From Podarcis erhardii (taxonomy: Eukaryota): DNA of 64,000 nt. The position numbers and the translations under genes are program-made. Position 1 is the stretch's first letter. Every line of letters begins with the position of its first letter. The stretch is from the NCBI GenBank assembly GCA_964252035.1, contig OZ176201.1. One strand, written 5' to 3'. The notes under the pieces were generated by a model. It was not told where the DNA came from, searched no databases, and worked only from the letters and a program-made list of their open reading frames with translations. Shown piece by piece: positions 36,361 through 50,013 of this stretch.

Positions 36361-37289
36361 TAATGGCAATAAAGAAAGCAGCAACAGTTAGCTCGCACAG
36401 AAACACTACGAGGAAAGACTATTTTCTGGATTGCCTTCTGGCGCAGTCATGTTTTCCCTGGCATGACACCACTTCATAATCAAGACACAGATGCCAGTGC
36501 TTGCCATGCAAAGATGGAAAATACTACTTATTTATCATCAACAAGCACAGGTTATAGTGCAGTGTTATAACTCCATATTGGGTATTTCAGATGACTGGGT
36601 TACGATATGATCTCCTTGTGTTTGTTTCTGACATTTCCATCATTCCTTCATGGGTTGCTAACAAGCTTAAAACAACAAAACCCCCCCCCCATTAATCATT
36701 TTTGAAAGTCATTTGTTTCCATTAAGTGGGATGGGGGACAGAAGGGAATTACCAAAAATATATTTCTGTATTATCTGAGGCTCTCTTTGGCACTTAGAAT
36801 CAGTTTGTATATCTAAATAACTGCAGAAGAGGATTGGAATTTAATCTGCTAACAAGCTCTGGGTGCATATTCGTATAAAGCATAACACTGCCATTGAAAG
36901 CTTCAGCATTTGTGGTATGTTGCCTAGCAAAGTTGTTCCTTTTCTACAAGATTATAGGTGCTAAAACATTCAAATACATGCAGAACTGTTGTGTTTGGGG
37001 AAGGAGACAATTCCTTTGCCTAGTCACAGAATTACTCATGGCTGAGAAGTCCTTAGAAATGTCATGAAATAACTTAAAGGGAAGAGTGGGTTGTGATATA
37101 TTTTGGGCTTCTATGAAATTTTAACACCCACTAAGGGCAGTGCCCATTACTATATGGCTAATTGTTCTAGCCAGTCTCCTAGCTAAAAGAAGATTCCAAT
37201 CTTCCAATTTAAGCAAGAGCATACCTTGAAGTGATTAAATGTTCCCTGCACTTTCAAGTCTTTACATGTAGCACCAGTTAACAGTTCAA

Positions 37290-37445
37290 CCATGTTATCA
37301 GTGACCAACTCTAAGAAGGTATCAATGCATACTGGGGGAAACTCCCAGTAGATTCAGGGATGTGATTCACCAGTACAAGCTGCTGATGGAAGTCTAACTT
37401 CTCTAATATGGGCACCAATTTCTCTTATACAGTAGTAGACTTGTA
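37290..37445 (-). mobile_element. Highly degraded CR1 endonuclease-domain fragment
   Basis: Minus-strand pieces VYY, LVLV..(P)EIYWE (frameshifted) and FLELVTDN occur in the order of the CR1 EN motifs VYYRPP, LVLMGDFNHPDICW and FLECVxDNF. Confidence 0.45.
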
Positions 37446-37536
37446 AGCATGAACTCATGTCCAGTTTGATGACATTCCAACCATGCAGGTATAGCATCCA
37501 TAGTTTCTGTCTTTAAATGGCCAGCGTTTTACATGC

Positions 37537-37538
<2 letters not shown>

Positions 37539-37570
<32 letters not shown>

Positions 37571-37598
37571 ATTCATTCATTCATTCATTCATTCATTC
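37539..37598 (+). repeat. Compound (TATC)n(ATTC)n microsatellite
   Basis: Direct reading of the sequence. Confidence 0.95.
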
Positions 37599-38052
37599 TT
37601 AGTCTTCACCATGCTGTCTCTAGGGCAGGTCACAACTGAACTAAGTAACATCTTCTGCCCTCTCCCGCACAAAGGTCTGTGCAAGAAGTTGTCTCTTGAT
37701 CCAAGGTCAAAATGTATACAGTGACATGGTCAAACACCTTGGGGGGGAAGGGCGTTCTGCTATCTGGAGGCCACCACAGAAAATACCATCTCACTACTTG
37801 TCTTCATAGCTAGCACACACATTCTGGGTGCTCAAGCCACCCACACTTCCTACTAGCTAAACTTGGTAGGCTTATGATGGCAACAGAAAGTTACAGATAA
37901 AATTGTATGTCTCATGGTAGTTTACTCCCGTCTTAATGTGTTTGGTGGGAAAGAGGGCCTTCCTCTGGACTGAAACTGGAGGCAGATCCTTCTCAGGGAA
38001 TTGTCGCCTCCAGCTTATTCCCCACATCTCAGCAAGATTTCAGATACAAATG

Positions 38053-38128
38053 TATGAAGGTGTCTACAATTTACTTTATGAAAGTATCTACAATTTACTA
38101 CAATGTATGAAAGTATCTACAATTTACT
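38053..38128 (+). repeat. Three copies of the 23-bp unit TATGAAAGTATCTACAATTTACT
   Basis: Copies at 38053-38075 (2 mismatches), 38077-38099 and 38106-38128, with spacers of 1 and 6 nt. Confidence 0.9.
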
Positions 38129-40181
38129 TTAATCTTCCCCCTATATCCGATGGATTGCTAAACAAAAGCAAAGCAAAGCAAAATTAAGCAAAACTGAAAT
38201 AGGTTTGACAGGACCACCATATTCCAAAATGACTGTGGGGCAAACTACATGGAACTGAGTATAGTGATGCCCCAAGAGAGTTGTTTTGTTTTGAACAACC
38301 AAGAAGCAGCCTTAGGAGGTTGTTATTTTGAAGCTGGAGAGAGGCATAGTCAATCATTCTTCCATTAGCCATTTTTCTCCACAGGGTTCCAGCTTCCCAC
38401 TGACCCTTAGAAGCCTACAAGGGAGCTGGAAGAGGGGGCACAATCTGAGCAGGGAAAATTATAATGGGAAAACAAATTCACATATGCAGAGCACTCTCTC
38501 CTCTGCTCAAAATAGCAGGTGCCTGAGGCTGCTTTTCATTTCTAAAAAATTGAAGGTTTTGTTACATACATTTGCATTTAACATACAGCTTGCCACTAAA
38601 AGAGAAGTGAAGGGTAGAGTTCTCTACACATCATATTCCCTCAACTCCTTTCAAAACACAGCAAATGTCTACAGTTACTTATAAAGCTTTAAAATATCTG
38701 CCACCAATTTAAAAGCACCACAAATAATGCAAAAAGATGGCACCTTTATTAAAATAATCAGCAGTAGCACAAAAAGGCACTATTGCTTTTCTGTAAGTCA
38801 TATTTATTCCCCAAGGCTGCAGTTCCAACACACATTTACTTAAGCGAGTGTCCTACTGAACAAAGTAGTATTTACTTCCAAGTAAATATGGACAGAAATG
38901 CGTTGTGCATCTCTCCAAATAAAGTATTTATATTTCCATTACATCAGGCCACAGAGATAATCCATTAGTCTTTATTTGCTAACCAAAGTTACAACACAGA
39001 AACTAGATTATTTCCATATTTTCCCCAGTAACAAGTATGCACTGAAGCATGTCTACATTGAGATTTATTTTAAACAGTGAAAAAAATTGAAAGAACAGAA
39101 ATAGTGGTATCTGTGTAGGAAATAAGCATGTGGTAAGTAATTATCAGTAAGTGGCCTAGAAAAAGAAACCCCCCTCTCCATATGTAGAGAATAATGCCAA
39201 TCTTCTCCTATGGGGCTAGACTGAAGAAGAAACAACAGGTAGGCTACAAGGATACCCATTTGGAGCGATCCAGCTGAGTCAGGCACTATTTAATTTCCCC
39301 TCTCCATCATTAAATTCATATCACTGTGATTTTAAAAGTAGCCATTTCAAGAGTCAGAGCAGGAAATTCAAATAAAAACTCTGGCTGTCTGGCTACATGC
39401 TCCCTCTCCTTCTCGAAGAATTTAAAACAAAAAAACCTCTGCAACAGTGTTGATCTTAGAATTCAGCAAAGAGAGTTTCTTGTTCTCAAATATTGACCAA
39501 ACATGATACATAATTCCCATCCATTATATCGCAAAAAGTGATCTTCCGAGAACATACATATGCTAAAATCTCATAATAAAACGATACCCTAACTTCACTG
39601 AACCAAACATTTCATCAAACCAACCTCTGCCACCCCCAAACTTTCATGGATTCACTGACATTCAGGAAATGAAAAGCAAAATCACTATCTAGTTACCACA
39701 CAAATTACTCTCACATTATCAGCACAAATGTTTACAAAGAGACCATGGTAACACAGGCAAAGTTGATAATGCTACCGGTGGGAGGGGGGAAATGGCTGCC
39801 TAGTCTTTTAAAAAATACACAAAACTGTGCCTGTGGCCCTTTACATTCTTGTAATAAAGAAGGAGATTCCAAGAGGATCTTATGTTTGGCTCTCTAGCAC
39901 TTTAGAATTAGGAGTATGGACAATACCAATCACTGAACCAATTTGCAGGTGAATCTCCCAGAGCTCCCCCCACCTCTAATTGTTCTTATCTTCTTTACTT
40001 TCTGGAGTCTAAAAAAACAGATACGGAAATGTGCCAAAGCTCAGCAGACATCACTGCTAAATGTTTCATGGTAAATTTCCATCTAAATCAACAAATCGCT
40101 CCCTCTTCCTCACAGCTCCCAATGTCAACACCAGTCGACACTGCCCTTAATGTAAAACCAAGTTATATATAACCTAGCACG

Positions 40182-40224
<43 letters not shown>
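40182..40224 (+). repeat. (CT)n(TA)n microsatellite
   Basis: Direct reading of the sequence. Confidence 0.95.
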
Positions 40225-40284
40225 AAACACAAGCTATGAGCAATATAGTCAAGCTCAATTAACCTTTGCCTCTACCGTGGGCAG

Positions 40285-40380
40285 CAGGGAAGGAGAGACC
40301 TCTGGCCCTCCAGATGTTGCTGGCTGGGGCTGGTGGGGGTTGCAATCCAGCAACATCTGGAGAACAAGTTTCCGCAACCT
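40285..40380. mobile_element. Degraded hAT hairpin MITE
   Basis: GGCCCTCCAGATGTTGCTGG ... CCAGCAACATCTGGAG inverted core, shared with 56174-56310. Confidence 0.55.
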
Positions 40381-41797
40381 ACAGGAAACCAAGAATCTCT
40401 TTTAAATGTTGCACGTAGATTATGCTGCTCCTGGGCTGCTATTACTTTAGGCTGACAGACAAGCAAAGTTGTTTGCTCTGAAAGCATTTTAGTACCTATG
40501 TGGACAGCACGTAAACTCATCAGAAAACGTCTCTCACGTCTGTGTGTAAACTGGTAGAGAGGTGGCGGGGAGGGAGGGAGGGAGAGAAATACCAGCACAG
40601 GGTGTTGATAGGACATGGTCGGCTGTGCTAACACTTTAACAGTCATCATTTACTGGCCTCCAAGCTGGAATGGATGAAAAAATGGAGAAATAGGAGCAGC
40701 ACTAGCTAAATAAAATCCCGTACTCGTGGCAGTACCCCTTCAGGGAACCTACAGTGAATCAGCCAGCTAACTTTAGACACCAATTGTATTGTGTTTTGCA
40801 TTTGCCAAAATATTATTCACAGAAAAGATGAGGTTATGCTGATGAAGGTTATGTTTAAATGCACAAAATTCCCTCCTTAACCGCTTATGCTCCATAGGAT
40901 CTTATTTGTATACACACGTGGAACATCTGTTTCTGCTGAGCTGCAACCGTTTGATACAAAGACAAGGTATTATGCAACCGGCCAAAATACCAGACTCTCT
41001 GACTAACTAAAGGAAGTTTAAAAGCAGACAACTGGAGGACTAACCAGTAAACACAAACGGTTGTTTGGCCGCCCAGAAAAGAGGTAGACCCCAAATCACT
41101 TCCCGTTTCTGACGCAGGAAGCCCTGCCCTTCCAGAAACTGCTCTTTCCTACCACAGACAGCCAAACTCCTGTAACCTGCATCTCCTCCCATGCTGTGTC
41201 TTAACTCAGGACAAAGGGAAGGATATATCTTGAGCCATTACATGCAGTGCCCGTAACAGACCTTCCGTATCAAATACAGAACAGCCCTGCTAAAATGAAA
41301 GCATCATTTTATGTCTCCTTTTAAAACTGTGCTTAATGTTCTCAGTTAAAATGTGCTCTCCTTTGGAGAAGATATTACCTAGCCCACACAAAAAGGAGAA
41401 ACCGCTCATTTACATGTGTTGCTTGTTACAGAGCTCACTACTGAGAACTAAGGCGGAGTGAAGATAGTCTAACCACAGCTCTTCCTTCTTGCATCAGTTA
41501 TGCAATTCTGTTTCCCTAGCATTTGTATGTACCACTGAGAGAGACGTTTCCTCCATTTCGACTTCTGAATTCCATCTCTTAAACAAAAGCAGACAATATC
41601 AAAAGTAGCACACACATTGCATATTACAAAGAGTCCTAGTGCCCATTTTTTTCTGATCCGGGAAAACAAGTATTTAGCATAAGAAAATCAATTATTGGGT
41701 AGTAAATTACAGAATAGCTTCCATAACTGCCTGTGTACCATGGGGAAAGAAATACGTTGTGCAAACTACTTTTAGACAGTGACTACTCCATTCACAA

Positions 41798-42146
41798 GGG
41801 ACGCGGGTGGCGCTGTGGGTTAAACCACAGAGCCTAGGACTTGCCGATCAGAAGCTCGGCGGTTTGAATCCCCGCGACGGGGTGAGCTCCCGTTGCTCGG
41901 TCCCTGCTCCTGCCAACCTAGCATTTCGAAAGTACGTCAAAAGTGCAAGTAGATAAATAGGTACCGCTCTGGCGGGAAGGTAAACGGCGTTTCTGTGCAC
42001 TGCCCTGGTTTACCAGAAGGGGCTTGGTCATGCTGGCCACATGACCTGGAAGCTGTACGCCAGCTCCCTTGGCCAATAAAGCGAGATGAGCGCGGCAACC
42101 CCAGAGTCGGCCACAAATGGTCAGGGGTCCCTTTACCTTTACCTTT
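41798..42146 (+). mobile_element. Full-length Sauria SINE
   Basis: GGGACGCGGGTGGCGCTGTGGGTTAAACC head, GGTTTGAATCCC B box, body GTGCAAGTAGATAAATAGGTACC, and 3' GGGGTCCCTTTACCTTTACCTT with an (ACCTTT)n tail. Approximate TSD CTC(C/A)ATTCACA at 41786-41796 and 42147-42157. Confidence 0.92.
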
Positions 42147-42502
42147 CTCAATTCACAGAGAAAAGCCCTACATCCTACAAGACAGACCTCTTCTTCACCC
42201 CCTTATTAAGAGCAATCCTGCCACTCAAATCAGTGTCACTTAAGGATTCATATTTCTGCATCAGTAAGTTCAAACTCCATCTGGCAGGCTATAGGTCACT
42301 ATTTTTACAACTACTTTGACTATATACTGATACATGTACAACCAAATTTGGTATTAGCCACCCACATGCTGCTCACCTTGTTTGTGTATTTAATACTAAG
42401 GCTGGTATTTTATCAGGTTACTCAATTTGCCATGAGAGAAGCACGTTTGAAAAGCAAAGGGAGGAGGCTGTTGCACCACTGGCTCCCATCCATTTTTGTT
42501 CA

Positions 42503-42577
42503 CAGAACTGTAGAGTTGGAAGGGACCACAAGGGTCATCTAGTCCAACCCCCAGCAATGCAGGAAACTTTTGCCCTG
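42503..42577 (-). mobile_element. CR1 LINE extreme 3' end
   Basis: CACAGAACTGTAGAGTTGGAAGGGACCACAAGGGTCATCTAGTCCAACCCC is the classic reverse-complemented CR1 3' terminus. Confidence 0.75.
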
Positions 42578-44809
42578 TTAATAATTACTTCAGTTTAAAT
42601 CTTTATACATATGAAACCATGGGACTCATTCATTACTAGTAATATTTACAGCCATCAAAATGCACTTTTCTCCATTTCAGGAAGGGACACGCACTTTGTT
42701 TTGTTCAAATGAAAAATAAATGTTTTCACAAACTTGGAAAGTTAAAGAATGAACAATAACAATACTAGGTCCACTAAATAATTTAAATACCAGACAAAAC
42801 TGGCACAGATTATTCAAGGCAGCAATAAGGAAATGTACCCAGTAGATTGTGGTCCCTTTTCTCATGGGATTGCAAATTATGAAAATGTTACATGAGGGTT
42901 TGCACCACGATTATTGTTATTTTCTGGTTCTTGGATGCCTATGCTCATCTTATGCCAAGAACAAAAAACAAAACAGGGAGGGGTGGTAACTAAGAGGACA
43001 GGATGAACAAAACCTCCTCTGATGAGAAATAAAAAAGAACCCCAAAACAATTCTAGTACAGGCTTGCAAAGCCGTTAAACAATTTCCTGTCTCAGATTGG
43101 AGGCATTTGGTCATTGCTCTTCCTCTCTTTTTTAAAAAAGAACCAATCAGCTCATCTGCAAAAGAAAACCATAGCAACCTCTCTAAATAAATAAAAATAC
43201 TCGCTGAAGAAAAAGAAAAGATGGACTGAAGGCTAACTGCTCACATGCCCAGAATATGTGCATGCTGGGACTATCCAAGTCTGTATAAGGACCCCAACTA
43301 GAACTTCAGCCATAGCTAGAATTGTATTCATCCCACTTCTCACACCAGTGTTACATGCCCCTCCCAGTCTCTGAGTGGTGCAAGATTCTAGGGGTCCAGG
43401 TGCTTACCCAGGATCAATGTTGAATTATATGCCTCCTCTAAACTTGTTGCTCTTCCTCATGCCCTATCAGGTCTATCCATCTTACTCCTCAAACTGAGCC
43501 ATTCTCCCCACCCCCCAACACAAAGCACTCCAGTTCCACTTTACCCACTTAATGGGGAGGGGGGAAACCCCAGTCTCAAGAGTCAAATGTCACCCTCCAG
43601 CACGCTCCCTTTCTTTCTCCCTTGTTCTCTCTTTCTTCAGGTCACATCCCCTCTTCCCAGGCCACACCCAACCTCAGCCTCAGAGTTCAATGTCACCCTC
43701 CACTGTGAAAAGCACAATGGAATGGGATCCCCTTGATGGAAGTTCCATGCAGATGGAGTCCTGATTCCTCCACACGGAGCTGCATTTCCAACTAATAAAA
43801 TAATGAGAGAATGCAATTAAAAAGCTCAGCGTCAGATAATGGAAACAGTGGGCTGCAAGGGTTACATTCAAGTCTAACCGTTTCTGACAAATACAAAGAG
43901 TACTGCCTGTTTGGCACAACTTCATTTAAAGCTTGGGTGGGGGAATAGAAAGCGCTGCCTCACCCAGGCTTCCTGCATTAATTATTTCCTGTGCAATCAA
44001 TGAACAAATGCCCACGGCTGAAAGCTGCTTTCAGTAGACAATTCCTCCTCGGTAGGGCAAACATCTTCATAGATGGCAGGGACATAAGTATTCACAATTT
44101 TTCCCCTTGCCCATTTTCATACTTTGGTTACTAAAGGTCACTGAGAAGGATTAGCAGTCCAGTCCTATGAATTTAGGAGTCCTTCCTAATAAGTGTGTAT
44201 AGGCCACAGCCTAGGAATGGGTGGGGTGAGGGCAGGATATCCTAATGATCTTCCACCAATGACTCGGTGAAATAAAGACAAAAAAACCAGTACTGTACAT
44301 GAGTTTAAAAATAATTAGCTCAAACCAAGTGCCTCTCTGGAGAACCATGTTAGCTCTTTGGAGATTTTCTCTTAGGAGAGAATGCTATTAAAAAACTGTA
44401 AAGTCAGGCATGTTCTTTTCAAGAATATTAAGTGAGGCATATACAGCCACCTCTTGCAAGGCATCTGCAATGACTTACGCTCGTGGTTACTAGACATGAA
44501 TCTTGTGACTGCTGCCAGTCCACAAGCTGTTTCCTGCAGGCTTGCGTCAAGAGCAAGAGCTCAGCTCTCAGCAGGAAACTCCCTTCTTTCTTCTTCCTGT
44601 GGTAAAGTAATGCCTTTCCAATGGCAGCAAGAGGTTTTGAGAAAGGTATCTGCAAACAATGAAGTCCCAGCTCCACAAAACAGAGACATGTTCCATCCAT
44701 AACAGAAGTCACCCCCCTTCAGGAAAAGCTAAGCCACATGAGAGCACTGCATAATGCTTCTGAAATCGGGAACATCTCCAGGGAAAGGAAGTTGCATAGT
44801 TAAGGCTGC

Positions 44810-45002
44810 TGCAATGGCTACTAACCCTGATGGTTATTGTTCTTTCTCCACTGTCAGGGATGGTATGCTTCTGAACATCCACTGCTGGAAGCTGCAGGAA
44901 GGGAGAGTCCTACTGAGCTCAGGCCCTGCTTGTGGACTTTGCACAAGCATCTGGATGACCATTGAAAACAGGATACTGGTCTAGAGGCTTTTCTTATGCT
45001 CT
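44810..45002 (+). mobile_element. CR1 LINE 3' UTR fragment
   Basis: TATGCTTCTGAACATCCACTGCTGG ... GGATACTGG ... TTCTTATG parallels 54300-54540. Confidence 0.6.
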
Positions 45003-48000
45003 TGCAGCTACTGAAGTTGCCCTCCTATTTACTTGCTTACAGAAACCATACAACATCTATTTAGCAGGCCAATTGTCGGGGCAACTGGAGCAGCCCAACA
45101 ACTTCTAGACAGCCACAGGTTGCCCAACCCTGATTTTGTGGCTCTCCAGAGGAAGATGCTCTTTATCCCTTCCCCTCAACACTTACCGTAATTCTGCGGG
45201 CAGCTAGTCTGGCTATTGTGACTTCTTACTAAGACCTTGAAGAGAATGACTGCAGGGTTTTGGGTGGGGGGAGTGGGGTTTGTTTTAAGTGTTGAAGCGC
45301 ATGTTAACTGTGTTTGGCTGGACCCACAAAGGAAGTATTGCTTAACCAACTTCTGCGGTACGTTGGGAAATAAATGTGAATAGAAGGCAAAGGAGAATAA
45401 CCCCCATAAAGGAACTAGAGCAGAGAGGGGGGAATCCGCTTAGCAAACAAAACATGAGAACCCAACACAACATGCATATATTAATTCTGCTATTGTGTAG
45501 TTGTACAGTTTGGAGCAAGGATGGGGCACCTGCAAACCTCTATTATGTTGTTGGATCCCCATCAGCCCCAGTCAGACCTACTGGCTTTCAGCTTTGTTGC
45601 TGTACCACATCTTCAGAGTGTGGGCTGGGACAGCCAAGCATGCAGTTAGAAATCATCATTCAATTAGCAGGATGTTTTTTTAACATAGTTTCATCTTCTG
45701 TTTTAGATTTTTGCAATACCAATAAAATTGTTTCCCTGTGTTTGCCTTTAATTTGCACCAGCTAAGTTTTTCTCCTCTCCTTTTTTCAAGATTTGTTCTC
45801 TCAGTCACATCCCTTCGCATCCTCTGCCTTTTTATTGACTCTTGCATTTGTTGATCTTTGTCTACTGGTTCTTTTTCTTGTGTTGGTAATACTGTAATTC
45901 CATTTCTCTCTGCCCTAGTGGGGTTACGGAGCTGGGCCTCATGTGCGGGCAAATAACACAACAGTCACAAAACTATTAACCCAGAAGCACCCCTTTCCAA
46001 TTTTAGGTCTCCATTGTTCAACACGGGTTAAGAGGAGAAAGGATTGTTTATCCAAAGAGGAAGGGATCAACATAAGCAACATAAAGATGAGAACATTGCA
46101 TTGCTCTGAGATATATGATAATAAATCACTATTTTTATGAGATGCATAAAAGACAAGTCTTTAAGGAAAATTACAAAAAAGGGGGGATAGATTAGCCAAG
46201 CAACTGTGATGTAAAGTTCTAGTAACAACCATTAAGGCAACAGTGCTAGGGCAAGAATTACACCACGCAATTTAGGGCTGTGTGGCAGGATTCATTATAG
46301 AAACTAAACTCTTAACTTGGTTCCTGCTCCTGACCACCCTTACTTAAGAAAGGAAATAAAGGTTACTAGCAGGCAACTCAACAGCCATTTGCAGTCCACA
46401 TAACTTGTTATTAGCACACCATCTACATATTATCGCTTCAGGCATTTAGCCTGTAAAGACTAAACTAAATCTCTTCCAGTTGCTCCTCTGCCTGCAAATC
46501 CAAGCTGCAAGAAGAGGTAGAGAGTTCCCCAGCAGCAGCAAGAAGATCCACATTTCATGCTGAGGGACAAGAATATGGTGGCCAACAATTAGTTCTATAC
46601 TTTTATTAAACTACACATCCCTTTCTGCACAACTGTGCAGTGTAACCTCTTTGGAGGTTTACTGAAAAAACTGAATTCTACGGGTTGCTATACACATAGT
46701 AAACTGCTGTTTTATACATTTTTGGAGCTGCAGATCATTTGCTTCTACAAATTATAGTAAGAGAAATACTGTGTTTTAGCATGTGATGTCCCGACATTTC
46801 TTGATGAGACTGCTGAGCCAAGGCAAGCAGGAAAAGATATTTAGAGGCTAAGGAGACTGTAATCTCATTGGCTTGAATGAACTCCATTCCTCCAGCTGGA
46901 AACAATACACAAGTAATGGTGTGATCTGCTGAACAAGGGTTTGGGTCAGGTTACATTCACATCTGATGCTATAAACTGGTTAGATCATGGGAGACCAGAC
47001 AACCTCTGCCTGCCTTTGAGTCAGGATTATTTTGCAAGCAGCATCAGATTAGACAATTGAAAGTTTATGTATTCCAGTTCTACAAAATAAAGTAGAAGGC
47101 ATTCATTTCATAGAAAAAAGAAGAGCATTCTTTTAATCCTCAAAATAACTAAGTAGTGGTCCAACAACAAATAGTTTCTTATTTTTACCTAAATGTGTGA
47201 AACTAATATTCAGAGCCCTCTCTCTCGAGAGGAGCATTTGAGAAGTTTAAAGGGAGCTTTGCTGTACTTCGGGACCATGTTCATTCTCTGGTAAAAGGTT
47301 CATATGTATGCTGCAAAAGGAACAACAACAAAAACTTCCAGTGCTTCCTGAAGCTGCAACACTCGTAAGAGTATGTTGCACATTTCTCACAGGATCAATG
47401 GTGCACATGGAGGGAATGAGTGATCCAAGCAATAAAAATAGACTGAGCCACAGGGTTTAACCCAGAGTTAAAACAAATCAGGTTTGAAAAACACACCTGA
47501 TTGGGACTAGGAGAGGGAGGGGAATTAGTTCAGTGACGCTATAAAAATTATTGTACCCAGTTGAATTACACAATGAATTAAGCAAAGACCAAGATGCAAC
47601 AGGAGAAATGTTTTCTCAAGCTGCGAAATTATTAAGTATTTGAATGCCTCTTGCCCTTGCAGACGGATTCAGCTGACGGAGAGGGTAATAATGAGAGGCC
47701 TGATGACAGGAAACCATTCAGTCATGCTCAGCAGGCTCAGCTCTTAACACTTTGTTGTAGAATAATGGCACAGTCACAAATGAAGAAAGAGCCGTTGCTT
47801 TACAACTCTGTTCACCAGCAATGCTTTTGGGTATGTTTGCAGAACGTCAGTCAAAGTTCCTCTTTTGCTGTAAAATATTGCTTCCCATCAGGAAGGGAAC
47901 ATGAAATTAAAATTGGTGGCGGGTGCTAATAAAAGGACACATTAGGTGCTGAATGCAGAGATTAAGGGCAGGAAGAGTGCATGCAGGCAAGACTTATTTT

Positions 48001-48294
48001 TTAAATTCCACAAGGAAATATATAGCTGCACTGAGATGCACAGTACAAGACGGCAGACAGAACTTCCTCTTCCCATTGGTAGAAGGCAACCTGCCTTCAG
48101 CAACAACTGGCATTCTCCACCCTTTTTTTATCCCTATCTCCATCTTCACATTATGAACTCTTTCTGCCTGTAGTCTTGCACCTGACTGCCTACCTATGGT
48201 TGTGTTTCTGCTGCTGTTTTAAGCCACACAGTGCCTAGACCCTGCAAGCAAAGCAACACACCTGTCAGTTGTCTTAAAGTGACCATCTATCAAG

Positions 48295-48465
48295 GGGAAG
48301 TGCTCCAGTTCTGTCGGCAGGAAGCCCTGGGTTCATTCAGTGCAATTTCCAGTTACAGAGTATTAGGCAACAGGCATAGGTAAATTCTGTGCATTATAGC
48401 TCAGTATTGTCATTCTTGATGGATAAGGCTACCACTGATCCAAATCAATGTAAGGCAACCTTTAA
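48295..48465 (+). mobile_element. Old tRNA-derived SINE remnant
   Basis: GCAGGAAGCCCTGGGTTCATTC B-box-like segment and a 3' GTAAGGCAACC, similar to 11490-11668. Confidence 0.35.
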
Positions 48466-50013
48466 TCTGACATCCTGACCACCAATGCATGCAGAAGATA
48501 GGTAGCAACGCCTCTCTTCTACCCCCTTAATGTTTACAGTTCAGGAAACAGGTGATGCACACTACCACTGTGCCAAATTGATTGAAACCAATTAAAAACA
48601 AAACAAAACACCAAAGCAAAGCAAGTCTTCACTCCCAGTTCCATATGCTGAACACCCTGTTCTGCCCATCCTATTCTATTCACAAGCACACAAATTTATT
48701 CAGTTTATTCAGATGGAGGAAATGGGCCAACACTTCCCCCTTTTACAACATGTCTGAACAGAAATGGAGCCAGCATTTCATTGAATAAAAGCTGGGGGGG
48801 TAGCTTATCAGCATTAATAATTGCACATTCAAAAGCCAGACCTCAGCCTGAAACTAGGTGTGAGTCACAGACAATCCAACAGAATCCAAAGACTAGGGCT
48901 CCCTCAGAAATGTGAGGCCTAGGCCCTGTCTAGATTGAACCAGCCTTTGCAGCAGGTGGAGAGGTATTAAAAGTCACCATCAACAAGCCAGGGACCAGGT
49001 GGCATACGCTGCCACTAAAAGCAGAGATCTAGCAGAATATTTAGCAATGGAGCTTTTAATGATTTTGTCGCTTGCCAAAATTCTCGAACCAGGCAGTAAG
49101 TGCAGCTATTACTTCTCTTCCACAATGCTGCAACAGCTACAAAGAGATGCTTCTTTTTTCTGAACTGATTGTGTGTTCACTGAAGTTCCTACATGTGAGA
49201 ACTCTTTGCACTCCCAGCTGAGTACTATACAAAGAAAAACTCAAGGAGAAATCCCTTCAGAGCACAAAAAATTCTTCAAAGAACATTTCTCTTGAGGTTG
49301 CATTACCTGAGCCAACAGCCAGAAACAAAAACAGGCCCATCCTCTACCATGTCTCCATGGCAAAAAAAAAGGAAAGAAGAAGAGACTTGGGAAGCTATCA
49401 AAAGGAGGAATTGATGATGCACATGATAATTATGTATGATACATATAAAATTGTCATCATTAGCATTTTTATCCCGCCATTAAACTGGAAAAAAGCCTCT
49501 CTGAGCAGCTTGCAAAATCCAATGAGAAGACATTCCTTGCCCTCAGGCTCACGCAAGTCAAGAGAATTGGGGCTGGGAAGTACTAAGGAAAAAACCCAAG
49601 CTGGGGCACTAATCCTTACTTACAGAGATCTTGTAATGAACAGGCGGAATGGAAGAAAATTGTGGATTTTCCACAAGGAGTCAAAAGTTGCTGGTGGGTT
49701 TGGCCCTGCTGCTCCACCCCTCTCACTCTCCTGCAGTCTGATGGCATGGCTTCTGAAGAGGCCAGTGGAGAGAGAAGCCTGATTTCAGCTGGGCTCTTAT
49801 AGAAGAGCAAATGAAAAGGCCCTGAGCTGACAGTAATGCAATCCCTTTTTTCAGGTGAAGGACAGAAATGCAAAAAGCAACCTAGAAATAACAAGCCATG
49901 AATAACTGCTATGAAAGAGATTCCGGAGAACTGTAAGTAAGATTTGCCACTCTAAAGAAAGCAGGGGGCATTTCCAATTGACCATGGTTTTACCCCTTCC
50001 CCTGCTTTCAGTA

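Noticed and set aside
38053-38128. Three 23-bp direct repeats as a CRISPR array
   Set aside because: Spacers are only 1 and 6 nt, there are no cas genes and the context is vertebrate; it is a local tandem duplication.
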